From Caldisericia bacterium (GTDB lineage Bacteria; Caldisericota; Caldisericia; JAAYUI01), in contig OY771555.1 in the NCBI GenBank assembly GCA_963674785.1, forward strand, positions 2,016,001 to 2,080,000: a stretch of DNA of 64,000 nucleotides, in the 5' to 3' direction. Below the pieces are notes generated by a model. It saw only the letters and a program-made list of their open reading frames with translations. It made no database searches and was not told the origin of the DNA. This document shows positions 39,436 to 51,300 of the stretch, in pieces. Each line of letters opens with the position of its first letter. Position 1 is the stretch's first letter. The translations under genes were made by a program, and so were the position numbers.

Positions 39436-42400
39436 TTGTAACGGTTCTAGTCTGACCATCCCAAGCAACTTCTGCGCCAAGATTTTCTGAAATTACCCTC
39501 AGTGGAACAAGGGTTCTTCCGTTTCTTATGATTGGGGCAGCATCGAGTTCAACCATTTGAGAATTAATGATAGCTGATTTTTTTCCTATCCAGAGATACA
39601 TCAGCTTGTCACCTTTTATGAACGATACGCGTTTTTCATAATCATTCCACTCAACCGTTGCACCTAAAGTCTCTGCAAGGAATCTAAATGGAACCATAGT
39701 CCTTCCATTTGAAATTATTGGTGGACTATCAAGTGTACTTAAAACACCGTTAACAAAAGCATCTTTGCTGTCTATTCTCAAAGTGATCGTTTTATATGTT
39801 GGTATTTTTGTCACTTCAAACTCAAGCATCTTGGTATTATTGGTAACATTCACCTCATCGGAAATAGTGATGTGTACATAGAGCTTGTGCTTTCCAGGAG
39901 CAAGATAGACCGGGGCAGAGAAGTTAATATACTCATATCCAGACGGAGAGATGCTTTGATTCACGATTGTTTTGAAGAGTGATTCCCTTTTCAGCTCATC
40001 CCAATAATAATAAACAGTGTACTCACCGCTTGGGATTCCTGTTGGATTATAAACTGTTGAAAGGATTGTACAGATTGAGTTTTCTTCAGGACTACTTGGC
40101 TGAATCGAAAGATTAATAACAGCTAGATCAATACCCTCACTTGTTGATATTACAAAACCATCAGAACCACTGGACACAAAAGAAACGGTTAACAATCCAT
40201 TTTGATACACCCATTTCGTTGATGTTGTTGATGTTACTGATTTTGGTTTTCCAGAAATAGCAATCACAAAGCTTGTGCAAAGTCCCTTTGGAGCTTGAGA
40301 AATTATTCGGATACCTTTATTCCATTCATCAACCCAGGGGATTGCACATGTCGAGAATATGAGTTTTGGAGTTTTACTCATATCGGGTTTTACATGAATT
40401 GGGTATTGCTTTTTTGGATACTCACCGGGAGTTTTGAAAACTGATTTTGAAAAATCAATTTCCAAAACCGATTCAGTAATCTGTTCATATGAAGATGGAA
40501 GCATTGGAATTTCAAACCCAGCCTCAACCTTAAAGATATCCAACGAAAACATCGGGTCATTTTTGGTGATGAAGATATAACCATCGCCGGCATTCAAGGC
40601 TTTTTCAGTTTCAATATTTATTACCCCAAGATCTTTTGAAATGATTTCTCCAAGGGAAGTATTGTTGTTCCACCACATATAATCTTTAAACCGAGTATCA
40701 TTTTCATAAATGAGTAGATTTCCACCTGATTCAACCCAGTCCTCAAGAAATTCCATATCATCTTGGGAAACAAAAGTTGTACCCATGTCCAAGATTGCAA
40801 GGTTTGAACCACCCAATCCATCGAATCTAGTTGGCAACAAATGAAAGTCTTTTGAGGCAAAACTCATCTGCCAATTCTGATTAACATTGATTTTATCAAT
40901 CCTCTTTGACCAAACAGTACTTTCATTAACAACCTGAACAAATGTGCATGAGGTTTTCTCTAAATCCTTTTCAACAACAAAGGTTCGTTTATCAGAAACA
41001 GACGTTCCTAAAAAATATCCAGCATCTCGAACACCTGAAATATATGCACGAGTTTTTTCTTCATCTATTATCTGAACATATATTGGTTTACCTATAAATA
41101 TGGCATCGAATACCCCCGCCATATACATCTGGTTATCGCCTGCAAAAGATGGTGGGGTGACGATAATCCTATCCATATTTGCAAATCCATCATACGGAAC
41201 AATCCACTCGGAAAACTCCGAGGGCGAAGGAATCGATACAGCAAGCTCCATTTCGAGTCTGTCGGTGTAAGCTCTTGAAATTGCAAGGGTTTTCTTAATC
41301 CTGTCACTTACAAAGTTGTGGAGCGTAAATGCGAGTCCATCATCAGATTCGAGGTTTGTCCAAAGTCTTTTTCCCCAAATCTGATACTCATCGACCAGCT
41401 CAGGATGGTTATCAAAATCCTCCGTAGAGATAGCACAAGTATCGAGAAGAAAACCATCGCAATCCCCAACTGCATCAAATATATCCACAATAACATCTGA
41501 TGGTTTAAAACCAACAAGCACGTCATGGAAAGGAATAACCATAGAGGTTTTTCCAAATCTCTGGCATTCGGTTATAATCTCGCGATTTTCAGAATCTATA
41601 TATTCAGCACCAATCCATGGACTGTCGGTAACTCTGGCACAAAAATTATTTCTCTCAAAACCTTCTAAACCGAGACCGTCATAATATCCATCTGAGTCCG
41701 TATCAGCATACTTTGTCGAGAGCATCAAAAAAGACTCAACATTGTCATTAAGTCCGTCATTGTCGGTATCAAGAGGTCTGTCATCGACTCCATCGTTCAG
41801 ATCATCATTATCGGTTCTAAAAAGATACGGATCAGTTCCCGTTGCCAACTCAAGACAGGTTGGAATCCCATCCTCATCGTTATCATCATCAAAGGTAAAA
41901 CACAACAATTCACCTTCACCTGTAATGTTCAAAAAACCTGTGGAGTCTGAAATATCAAAAAAAGTAATCCCATCAACTAGCTTTTTTTCAAGTCCATACA
42001 CTTCTAAAGATTCGGGATTTGTAGAAATACAACAAAAGTAACCATGGTCTCCAGGCACAAAAACACGTACAGGTTCATCTGAAAGCACTACTCCATACTC
42101 ACCTGTTTCACCTTCAACAAAGGCGCTCCCCAAATCTGATTTTGTATCAACTGGAGCAAAATCATAAAACATCGTGAAACTTCGGAGTTTTGTTTCTTCT
42201 GTTGTCGAAACCGAAAAAACATTATCACCTTCAACGATTTTTTTCGATATCCAATACTTCCCATCATATTCATTGAGGGCTAGTTCAGTATCATCAATCT
42301 TTGCCGTTATTGGCTTATCAACCTCAACAAAAAAGGACACCCAGGTATCAGTCGCATGCGACACACTATAAGAAATCTCTGTGCTTGCAGGGATAAGTCT

Positions 42401-42961
42401 TCCACCACCTGATGGAAGTGTTGATTCACCAGGCTTTACCAGAAAGCTACTTTCAGTCTCGGAACCTGGGAAGATTTCATGCATTCGATAGATATTAAGT
42501 CTCCACAGAGTAAAGGGTTCTGATGCAGATTCTCTTCTCTTAATTCTTACCCTCATGGGATTTTCAGGTTGGATATCAATTGCAATCTGTCTTTTCATTC
42601 GACCAGATAAATTGCCATCAAGCTGACCTGAAGAATATACAGATGTGAATTCAGCACCACCCATTGAAACATCAATTATGTATGGACCAGCTGCATCAAG
42701 CTCAAGTACAACCGGCATATTTTCAAATATTTGAAATTCGTACTCAACGAAATCATTCGATCGTCTTGTTCCATCTTTTACCCAGGTATCAGAGGCCGCT
42801 GAAAGATATAATCTTTCAAGGTTTGTATCAGGAACTATAACCATCCCGGTTGAAATACTTGGAACTATTTTTTTGACAGAACTATCTTTTGAATAAATAA
42901 AACTTGTCGGGACAACAAAAATAAACGCAAGCAATAAAATAAATACTTTTTTATTCATCAT
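39404..42961 (-). CDS. large secreted protein: acidic Ca-binding (TSP3-like) repeats, CARDB-like domain, C-terminal stalk domain
   Basis: Signal peptide after MMNKK; DTDNDGLND repeats; DLAVINLSIQP..VYNP; GRTMVPFRF and GRTLVPLRVISE. Confidence 0.85.
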   Translation of the reverse strand: MMNKKVFILLLAFIFVVPTSFIYSKDSSVKKIVPSISTGMVIVPDTNLERLYLSAASDTWVKDGTRRSNDFVEYEFQIFENMPVVLELDAAGPYIIDVSMGGAEFTSVYSSGQLDGNLSGRMKRQIAIDIQPENPMRVRIKRRESASEPFTLWRLNIYRMHEIFPGSETESSFLVKPGESTLPSGGGRLIPASTEISYSVSHATDTWVSFFVEVDKPITAKIDDTELALNEYDGKYWISKKIVEGDNVFSVSTTEETKLRSFTMFYDFAPVDTKSDLGSAFVEGETGEYGVVLSDEPVRVFVPGDHGYFCCISTNPESLEVYGLEKKLVDGITFFDISDSTGFLNITGEGELLCFTFDDDNDEDGIPTCLELATGTDPYLFRTDNDDLNDGVDDRPLDTDNDGLNDNVESFLMLSTKYADTDSDGYYDGLGLEGFERNNFCARVTDSPWIGAEYIDSENREIITECQRFGKTSMVIPFHDVLVGFKPSDVIVDIFDAVGDCDGFLLDTCAISTEDFDNHPELVDEYQIWGKRLWTNLESDDGLAFTLHNFVSDRIKKTLAISRAYTDRLEMELAVSIPSPSEFSEWIVPYDGFANMDRIIVTPPSFAGDNQMYMAGVFDAIFIGKPIYVQIIDEEKTRAYISGVRDAGYFLGTSVSDKRTFVVEKDLEKTSCTFVQVVNESTVWSKRIDKINVNQNWQMSFASKDFHLLPTRFDGLGGSNLAILDMGTTFVSQDDMEFLEDWVESGGNLLIYENDTRFKDYMWWNNNTSLGEIISKDLGVINIETEKALNAGDGYIFITKNDPMFSLDIFKVEAGFEIPMLPSSYEQITESVLEIDFSKSVFKTPGEYPKKQYPIHVKPDMSKTPKLIFSTCAIPWVDEWNKGIRIISQAPKGLCTSFVIAISGKPKSVTSTTSTKWVYQNGLLTVSFVSSGSDGFVISTSEGIDLAVINLSIQPSSPEENSICTILSTVYNPTGIPSGEYTVYYYWDELKRESLFKTIVNQSISPSGYEYINFSAPVYLAPGKHKLYVHITISDEVNVTNNTKMLEFEVTKIPTYKTITLRIDSKDAFVNGVLSTLDSPPIISNGRTMVPFRFLAETLGATVEWNDYEKRVSFIKGDKLMYLWIGKKSAIINSQMVELDAAPIIRNGRTLVPLRVISENLGAEVAWDGQTRTVTIKMEITEDNP

Positions 42962-44156
42962 CCAACACGGCAATCCCTGGTAGAGTTTTCCCCTCAAGAA
43001 ATGCAAGTGAAGCACCTCCTCCTGTTGAAACATGTGTAAATTCGGATTTCAAGCCAAATTTGGACGCAGCCGATGCTGAGTCTCCTCCACCAATTATGCT
43101 CACCTTCACATTCTTGCTTACCGCATCCATAACAGTTTTAGTACCAACTGCAAATTCGTCTCGTTCAAAAACACCAAGCGGCCCATTCCAAAGCACTGTC
43201 TCACAAGCCGAAAGTGCATCTGAAAAACGTTTTCTAGTTATCGGCCCAATATCCATCCCCTGATAACCATCAGGAATGTCAACAATTTCAACCAAATCCC
43301 TCATGTAACCCTCAACAACTCTAATATCGGAGGGATTTTTAAACTCATCTGCACACACGTAGTCAAATGGAATTAAAACATTTTTTCCTCGGAGTCTTGC
43401 ATCTTCAAGGAATTCCCGACAGCTTTCAAGGTATTCGGTTTGAACCAATGAGTCACCAATCTTGTGACCAAGTGCATGGTGGAACGTGTAAGACATCCCT
43501 CCACCAATCGCGATAACATCGGCGCATTCGACAAGATTATAAATTGCATTCATCTTATCAGAGACCTTCGCGCCACCGAAAACAATTCCAAAAGGTCTCT
43601 CTGGGTTTTTTAAAATTGATCCAAGATGTCTTAATTCAGATAAAAGAAGAAATCCAGCAACAGCAGGTTTCAGTATTGCAGGAACTCCAAAATTGCTTGC
43701 GTGTGCTCGATGTGCTGTTCCAAAGGCATCAGAAACATATATCTCAGCAAGCTCTGAAATCTGATATGCAAACCAATAATCATTCTCGGTTTCTTCTTTA
43801 TGAAAACGAAGGTTTTCAAGCATCATCACTTGTCCTGGTTTCAGGTTTTCTGATGCGGTCTTCGCATCCTGTCCCACACAATCATCCACCATCATGACAT
43901 CTCGATTAAGAGTTTTTGCTAAATAATCAGCAACCGGTTTCAGACTCAGACTCTTATCAAACTTCCCTTTTGGTCTTCCAAGATGAGAACAGATGATTAA
44001 CTTTGCTTCCCTTTCTATAAGATTTCTAATTGTTGGGAGTGTGAGCTGGATCCTGGTATCATCAAGTATCTTGCCATCTTCAAGCGGAAAGTTAAAATCA
44101 GCTCTAAGCAGAACCCTTTTTTCTCTTACATCAATTTGTTCAATAGATTTTTTCAT
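42951..44156 (-). CDS. pgk: phosphoglycerate kinase
   Basis: RADFN, SHLGRP, LENLRF, DAFGTAHRAHAS, GGAKVSDK, STGGGA. Confidence 0.97.
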   Translation of the reverse strand: MKKSIEQIDVREKRVLLRADFNFPLEDGKILDDTRIQLTLPTIRNLIEREAKLIICSHLGRPKGKFDKSLSLKPVADYLAKTLNRDVMMVDDCVGQDAKTASENLKPGQVMMLENLRFHKEETENDYWFAYQISELAEIYVSDAFGTAHRAHASNFGVPAILKPAVAGFLLLSELRHLGSILKNPERPFGIVFGGAKVSDKMNAIYNLVECADVIAIGGGMSYTFHHALGHKIGDSLVQTEYLESCREFLEDARLRGKNVLIPFDYVCADEFKNPSDIRVVEGYMRDLVEIVDIPDGYQGMDIGPITRKRFSDALSACETVLWNGPLGVFERDEFAVGTKTVMDAVSKNVKVSIIGGGDSASAASKFGLKSEFTHVSTGGGASLAFLEGKTLPGIAVLDDE

Positions 44157-44159
44157 ATT

Positions 44160-45173
44160 TTAGATTGATTTGGCAATCATATTTACAACTTCAGCCGATC
44201 TAACCGAATAACCCCATTCATTATCATACCAGATACAAATCTTGAGCATGTGAGAACCGAGCACCTGTGTTGAAAGCGCATCAACAGTTCCAGAGTATGG
44301 GGAGCCTAAATAATCACTGGAAACAAGGGGTTCCTCTGAATAACCAACGATACCGGAAAGCTCAAATTTTGAAGCCCTTTCAAGTTCAGCATTAATCTGC
44401 TCCACACCGATATCCTCTTTCAATCTGCAAACAAAATCTGTAAGACTTACGGTTGAAGTTGGAACTCGAACAGAAATACCAGTGAGTTTTCCTGCAAGCT
44501 CAGGAATAACAATTCCAACAGAATTTGCAGCACCAGTTGATGTTGGAACAATATTTGTTGCAGCATTTCTGGCACGTCTCATATCTTTGTGGGGAGCATC
44601 AAGAAGTCTCTGGTCGCCGGTGTATGAGTGAATGGTTGTCATGAAACCATACTCAACCTCATATTTTTTATGAAGCACGTTAACAATCGGCGCAAGCGAA
44701 TTTGTTGTACAAGATGCATTGCTTATCACCTGATGTTTTTCAGGGTCATATGAATCATCATTTACGCCACGAACTATTGTTAAGTCGGGGTCTTTCATTG
44801 GGGCAGACACAAAAACTTTTTTTGCGCCATTTTTAATGTGAATACTTGCATCCACTCTTGACTTGAATCTTCCAGTTGACTCAACAACCACATCAATCTC
44901 ATTTTCTCTCCATGGAAGATTTGCAGGATCTGAGTACATCAAACACTTTGTTTTCTTGCCATCAACCGCAAAAGTATCAGAAGTAAGCATTTCTATCTGC
45001 TTATTGTATTTCCCATAGTTACTATCATATTTCAAGAGATGAACAAGCGTTTCAGGGTTAGTTATATCGTTTATTGCAACAATATTATGCTCGGGGAAAA
45101 ATGCTGAAATTGTCTTAAAAACCTGTCTTCCAATTCTTCCGAAACCGTTAATCGCGATATTTGCCATACTCAC
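44160..45173 (-). CDS. gap: type I glyceraldehyde-3-phosphate dehydrogenase
   Basis: INGFGRIGR, SNASCTTN, WYDNEWGYS. Confidence 0.97.
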   Translation of the reverse strand: MSMANIAINGFGRIGRQVFKTISAFFPEHNIVAINDITNPETLVHLLKYDSNYGKYNKQIEMLTSDTFAVDGKKTKCLMYSDPANLPWRENEIDVVVESTGRFKSRVDASIHIKNGAKKVFVSAPMKDPDLTIVRGVNDDSYDPEKHQVISNASCTTNSLAPIVNVLHKKYEVEYGFMTTIHSYTGDQRLLDAPHKDMRRARNAATNIVPTSTGAANSVGIVIPELAGKLTGISVRVPTSTVSLTDFVCRLKEDIGVEQINAELERASKFELSGIVGYSEEPLVSSDYLGSPYSGTVDALSTQVLGSHMLKICIWYDNEWGYSVRSAEVVNMIAKSI

Positions 45174-45301
45174 ACCTCCAGCGGGTACTAGTATTTCAAA
45201 CCCGGACTAGATACTAACAAATTAGTCAAAAATCTCAAGTTACTGAGTTTCACATATCAGCTACAAATTGAGATTTATTCTACAGTATTTAGCATTTAGG
45301 T

Positions 45302-48300
45302 TTATTCAAAGCTTGAAAATGAGTAATCCTCGAGACCAAAATTGAGAGCAGGGATTGGTGTACCAATTTGTGCAGTTACCACAGTTGCATGAATATATTT
45401 TTCTTTAGTATTGGTATATCCAACAACATCGTAGTTTTGATTCACAACAAAATCTTCGCAATTGTACTTCGATGTAAAAAACAGCTTATATGTTTTTCTG
45501 TAATAGGCTACTTCAAGATATGGAACTCCACCTATAACCAGGCACTTCTTATCGGTCACCTTTACTGTAAACTCATTTTCAGCAGGACACCTTGCTTTTG
45601 TAAGCTTGCTCGGGGTAATTGTTGGCGCAACACCAAGAATTCCCTTTGGGACACTCACAGTTCCTGTTGCCGTAATACACTCACCAATTTTGTAGTTGCT
45701 TATACTAAATGGTTTAACAACCTCAATATTGTATGTTGTTGTTTTTTCCAACCCTGTGATTATTCCAGTTTTTGCATTGACACTCGTAATAAATAGAGTA
45801 TGGGTTTCTTCCTCTTTTGGGCAATCTACTTTTTCAATTGTATCTGCTTCAAGATATCCTGACTGAATTCGACCGTAGAACCTTATACAATCACCTTTTT
45901 CTAAAGATGAGCAATTAAAAGAACTTGGATAGAACAAAACATATTCTGAGCTTTCATAATTAACCTTCATAAACCAAAGGTCACAATCAGTGGATGAAAC
46001 AACAGCGTCATATGGACCAGAGCTTACGCATTTTCTTAGTGAGACTCTCTTTGCAATAATATAAGACTCACCTGATGTACCAATTTCTGATCTTTGAGAG
46101 GATTTCATTACTCCTTCAACTGTGATACAGGCTCCGACCTTGAAGGTTTCACATTTCAGATTTTCTGGAAGATACACCTTATAAAAAAGCATACCATCTC
46201 TTGCCAAATAATATGGTTCCTTTGTGTCCCTACAATATGTTCCGAAGATAACCATATCCCAAGTTTCGACATTTTCTGGGCATGCAATTTTTTCAATTTT
46301 CAAAGCGGTGATAATTTGATATTTTTCATCGTAAACACCAGTGATTTCCACACAATCACCAACAACAAAACTTTCACATTTGATGTCTTCTGGAACACCA
46401 ACCATAAATGTTGTCCCATCAATTTCGCAATATAAAAGGTCTTCTACGCAATAGGTTCTTGAAACAACCCCTTCCCAGGTCTGACCTTCCAGTTCTGGTT
46501 CAGGCTCAGGTTCGGGTTCTTCCTCCACAATACATAATTCAATCGGAAGATAATCACCCCAAACAACAAGTGGATACCACTCCATATCAACCATTGTATC
46601 AGTTATTGTTATTGGCTGAGTGCACACCCTTACACATCTGCCAAGTTCAAAATTGATGTATTTTGGAATCCTGAAATAGTCAGGATAATAGAAGTCTTCA
46701 CCTCTATCCTTGCTGTGTTCAAGTTTCATTCGACCAGAATCGTGATCAATCTCTTCCACAATCCCCTTGTAGACCAATCCACCACATTCTCCGATGCACT
46801 CGCTTTGACTGATGAGTTTCATCGAAGTCACAAACAGTATGTTATCAAATGGATTAACTTCGCCGCAAAGTTCAACACAGATTGGATATATCAGTTTTGG
46901 GATTCTATGTAAATATCCTTCAAAAACAGAGTGGCTTTCAAACAAGATTTTCCTTATCAATCCATCTTGCAATATGTATCCAACCTTTTCATCAATGTTA
47001 AGGTGAATAAGTGAGGCTTTTACAGACTCAACCTTGCATGCTTCGCACTCTTCTTCAGAGAGAATGGTCAACTTATCGCAAATGAAAAGCTGTCTCTTTT
47101 TTACGTATGTTCCAATAATCTTGATGCAGTCTCCGACGTTGAGTTTTTCTGATACATCATCTGGGAAATGAATCTCATATTTCCCACCTCTATAATCTAC
47201 AACTCCTGTTTGGTCATCATTAATTTCATAAGTAACACAAACCCAGATGTCGGTTTTGTTTTCACACTCTTCATCAGGTAAAACCCTTATCCAATTTGCA
47301 TTAATAACGATTGGAGTGCTGGATGTTACACCTGTGTTTTCCTGGGAGAATTTTCCACAAATCTCAATACATGTGCCAGATTTATATGCAATTTCGTTTT
47401 CTACACCTAAAACTTCATACCTATTTCCATCGACCCAAACCATGAGTTCACCAAAATCTTCAGCAACAACAGCATGAATCAGGTCATCTTCACAGGTTTT
47501 TTCGGTTTCACACGGAACAACCTCAAACCAACTTGAAGAGAACATTTTTTCATCATCAAGGAGCTCTGTAATACAGATTCTCAAACATAATTCAGGTTTA
47601 AGATCGGTTATCTCGAGGTTTGTTTTAACATCAATCACTTTCCCAGAAACATCGATTACAAGCTTCATCTGCTCTGGGTCAAGATCAACAATCTCTCCCT
47701 CTACCACCTGTCCTTCACATTGATTGGAACAGAGCATTCTTGGGAGCTTTCTTATCCAGGTCGTTACAAAGATTTGGTTTTCAAGTTGCCACTGCCCACA
47801 GGCGACGACACAATCACCAATCTTAAATCTCTTGCAAAGGTTTGGAGCAACTTTCAAAGCCCAGAGAGAAACTCCTTTTTGAAGAGTTATGATTCCTCTC
47901 TCAGCATCAACATCATAAATACTTCCTCTCCACAAATTGCCATCTGAACAATAATAACCACACATATCCTCAGGCATGAATGAAAAGTCTTCGATCTTTA
48001 GATACCCTGATTTCGGGTCAAATCTTACACACAGCTCAACACAATCATCCTCATCAAAGGGAATCCAACCGGGGACTGAAGGTAATTCATAATACATCGG
48101 CTCACTATAACCATAGAGCATTATCAAAGCACCATTCAGGTCATCTTTGCTTTCAACCGCAATGATCTTGCCGAAGAACCTTCTGCCCGAAACACATTTG
48201 TCGTCGTCACAGATTTTTTCTTGTATTTCTCGATAATCCAGAATCACATCTGACCCTTCATCATCAGTGTCAATGCAAAGTCTCAAGCACATTCCTGCTG

Positions 48301-51300
48301 AGACAGATTCAAAAATATCTGGTTTTACAGATATCTGTTTAATCTCTCCATCCAATCTGTATATCAGTGTCATGTTTTCTGGATTCTTCTTGATGATTTT
48401 GACATCAACCATTCTGCCTCCGCAGGTGAATCCAACAGTGCAGTTTATCAACATGAAATTCTGTCCATGATATCTACCATTTTCATCAGTATACACACAG
48501 ATTTCATAACAATTTCCAGCTTTCATCTCACAGAAATCAGTTCGATTAAAATGTATCTTAAGAGGCATTGGAGTTCGAGCTTCAACAGTCAATACCTCCA
48601 TCCCCTCAATATAACCCTCATCACAATAAACATTTTGGATATTGATTTTTATATTTCTATCACATTCAGGTTCAACCTCAGGACACTTCTCGTCTTCAAG
48701 CTTTTCCATCGACAACACAACTGGTGGAATACCCGGAATAACCTTCAAGCAAGCTGAAACACAGTCTCCAATCTTAAACCCATTACAAACAGAAACATCC
48801 TTTGAAATATATGTTTCTTCTACGCCATCGACATCGATTATTATTTTGTCATCTTCTCTACAACCAAGATAAACGATTCTTCCGATAACATCTTCATCAC
48901 ATGTTTCTTCTGCTGGAGGCTCTTCGATACCACAGAGCTCAGGGTCAATTTTTTCCCACCAGATAAGCTCAAAATCTGTAAAACCAACAATCCTCCCACA
49001 AACCTTTGCACATGAATCATTTTCCAATTCGGAACACTTTATGATTGATTCATCAATTGGAAGCTCCATCTCCATGCCCTTAATCATCGAGTGTCCGTCA
49101 ATAATCTTGATTTTCATTGAGTTATTATCGCAATCCACTTCTTTGATGTGGACGATTAACTCGACACCATCACATCCCTGCTCTTCTGTAATCCCACACT
49201 CATCTGGTTCAAGCTCAGCAAACCAGGATAATGATGCTGACCCTGAAAGCTCAAACTTGATACAGGCTTCGATGCACATGTTTTCCTCAAGCTTTTTTGC
49301 CTGTGTTTCAGAGATTGAGAAACTGTATTTTCTTTCGCTTCCATAGAGTTGAATTGTTGCATCAAAACTTGTGACTTTTTTCAATACCCCAAAAACCTGA
49401 AGTCCATCGCAGGAGATTGGGCAATCGATCTTTTTTGCCGATGTGACTGAAAGATTATTTGCTTCGGTTACCACACAAAGTTCATAACATTGACCAATCT
49501 TGAGGTTACAAAGGTTTCTCTGCCCAATCTCAATTTCATATGATTTGCCTAGTCCCAAATCAAAAATAAGCATCTTTGAACAATCAGAAAGGATGCGTTC
49601 AATTCTGGCTTCAATTATCCTTCCATCACAAATCCTGCTACAATCAGATTTCTTAACGCTCAATGCCACCCATTTGTAACTAACATTGGTCGCAATCTCT
49701 GAGTTTATAACCTTGTATGCACAAACTTCAGCACAATTCATTTCATTTAGGCTTTTATCGATCGGAAGTCCTGAAATATCAAATTCGATATAAGTATCAC
49801 CATGCGAGAGTTTCAATATCCCAGCAACCTCAGAGAGAGATAAAACCTTCCCGACAAATTTTTCTCCATTACAGGAATCATCGCTACATGGTTTTGCTAC
49901 AACAATTTTTGCAGAAATCTTATCGGTCGAAATCCTATCTCCGCAAATCCTAACGCACCATGTATCGCTCATCTCCATACAATTGATATTTTTAGGCAGA
50001 GTAACAGTCACAAGATCACCACCATCAAGTTCAACCTTTAAACTGTTACCTATACAATCAATTTCGATAATCTTTCCTGAAAACCAATCTCCATCACATT
50101 CAAACTCATCAGTTTCGCCAGGGCAATCCATAGTTTCGATGTTTTCAGGAACAATGTACAAACCATTATTTGATTCAATTTGTTTACCAGAAACCCTAAA
50201 ACAATCACCTATTTGAAGTCTTCCACAGAACGAAACCAGATTTTTATTGTCGGTAGGCAAAAGTACCATCTGGGAGTCTCCATCAAAATCAGTGAAATGT
50301 ATTTCACCTTTAGCACAATCTAACTCAGTTACTTTTCCTTCCCAGTTTTTGATACCATCATAAGGACATTCAATTATTTCAGCAGTTGAAACATAAAGAT
50401 AACCCGGATAGTCCTCATGATCATTTCTTCCGGTAACCTTGAGACAATCACCAACAAATGGCTTAAAACCATCAGCAAGACTATTCATATTTGCAAGAAG
50501 GTATGACTCCCCGGTAAACGCCTTTAAGTGACCAAGTCCAGTTGAGTCAGAATATCTAACAAGAAGCCCCTCAACGGTTTCTTCACATCTATCAGGAAAC
50601 GATAAAACTGCCTGTTTTGTTGCTGCATACCACTTGACTTCACCCTCCCCAAATGATTCAACTGGGAATCTGAGCGGGATATGTGTTCGACCATTTTTTA
50701 TAAAAGGTACAACCCTTGGATTATTTGGGTCAATTGGAGACTCAACTCCATTTACCTTGGCAACCGATTTGCCAATCCACATTTCGATGGTTTTACCTTT
50801 ATAGACAACGGTTACTTTGCGTTCTATTCCATCCCACAACACCTCAGCTCCAACAGCTTCAGCAACATATCTGATAAGAAGGAAAGCACGGTTATTGTCA
50901 ATGATACACGGTGTTGACATCATTTTTTTGACACCATTTACCATGTATTCTGCAGAATCAATTGTAAATGTGAGAACCAGTTTACATGGTTCAATTAGGG
51001 TTGGTAAATCCTCTAAAACAGAGACACATACCTCGTTTGATTTTAAAAATGAAGAAGCATCATCATCTAGGGCAACGGCATAATAACAATAGTTTCTACC
51101 ATTTTCGACGTTCTTGTCAAAATAAACATTACCCAGAATGCCAAAATCTGTCAGTGGCATCAAATACTGTCCACCTGATGTTTCTCCCCTATACAGATAA
51201 TAACCCTGCTTTGCGTTGGGAACCTCATCCCACCAGAGTTTTACAACACCATCTCCTGCTGTTGCGTAAAGATTAAAACCTTCATCAGCAAAAACCATAT

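Noticed and set aside
45180-45220. CTAG-containing motifs in the gap leader (similar TAGTACTAG near 51400) as a CggR-like operator
   Set aside because: They do not match the CggR direct-repeat consensus, no cggR gene is present, and the motifs are too short to support a claim.
46488-46525. Short tandem repeat
   Set aside because: It encodes a degenerate EPEPEP linker with varied codons and is not a contingency locus.
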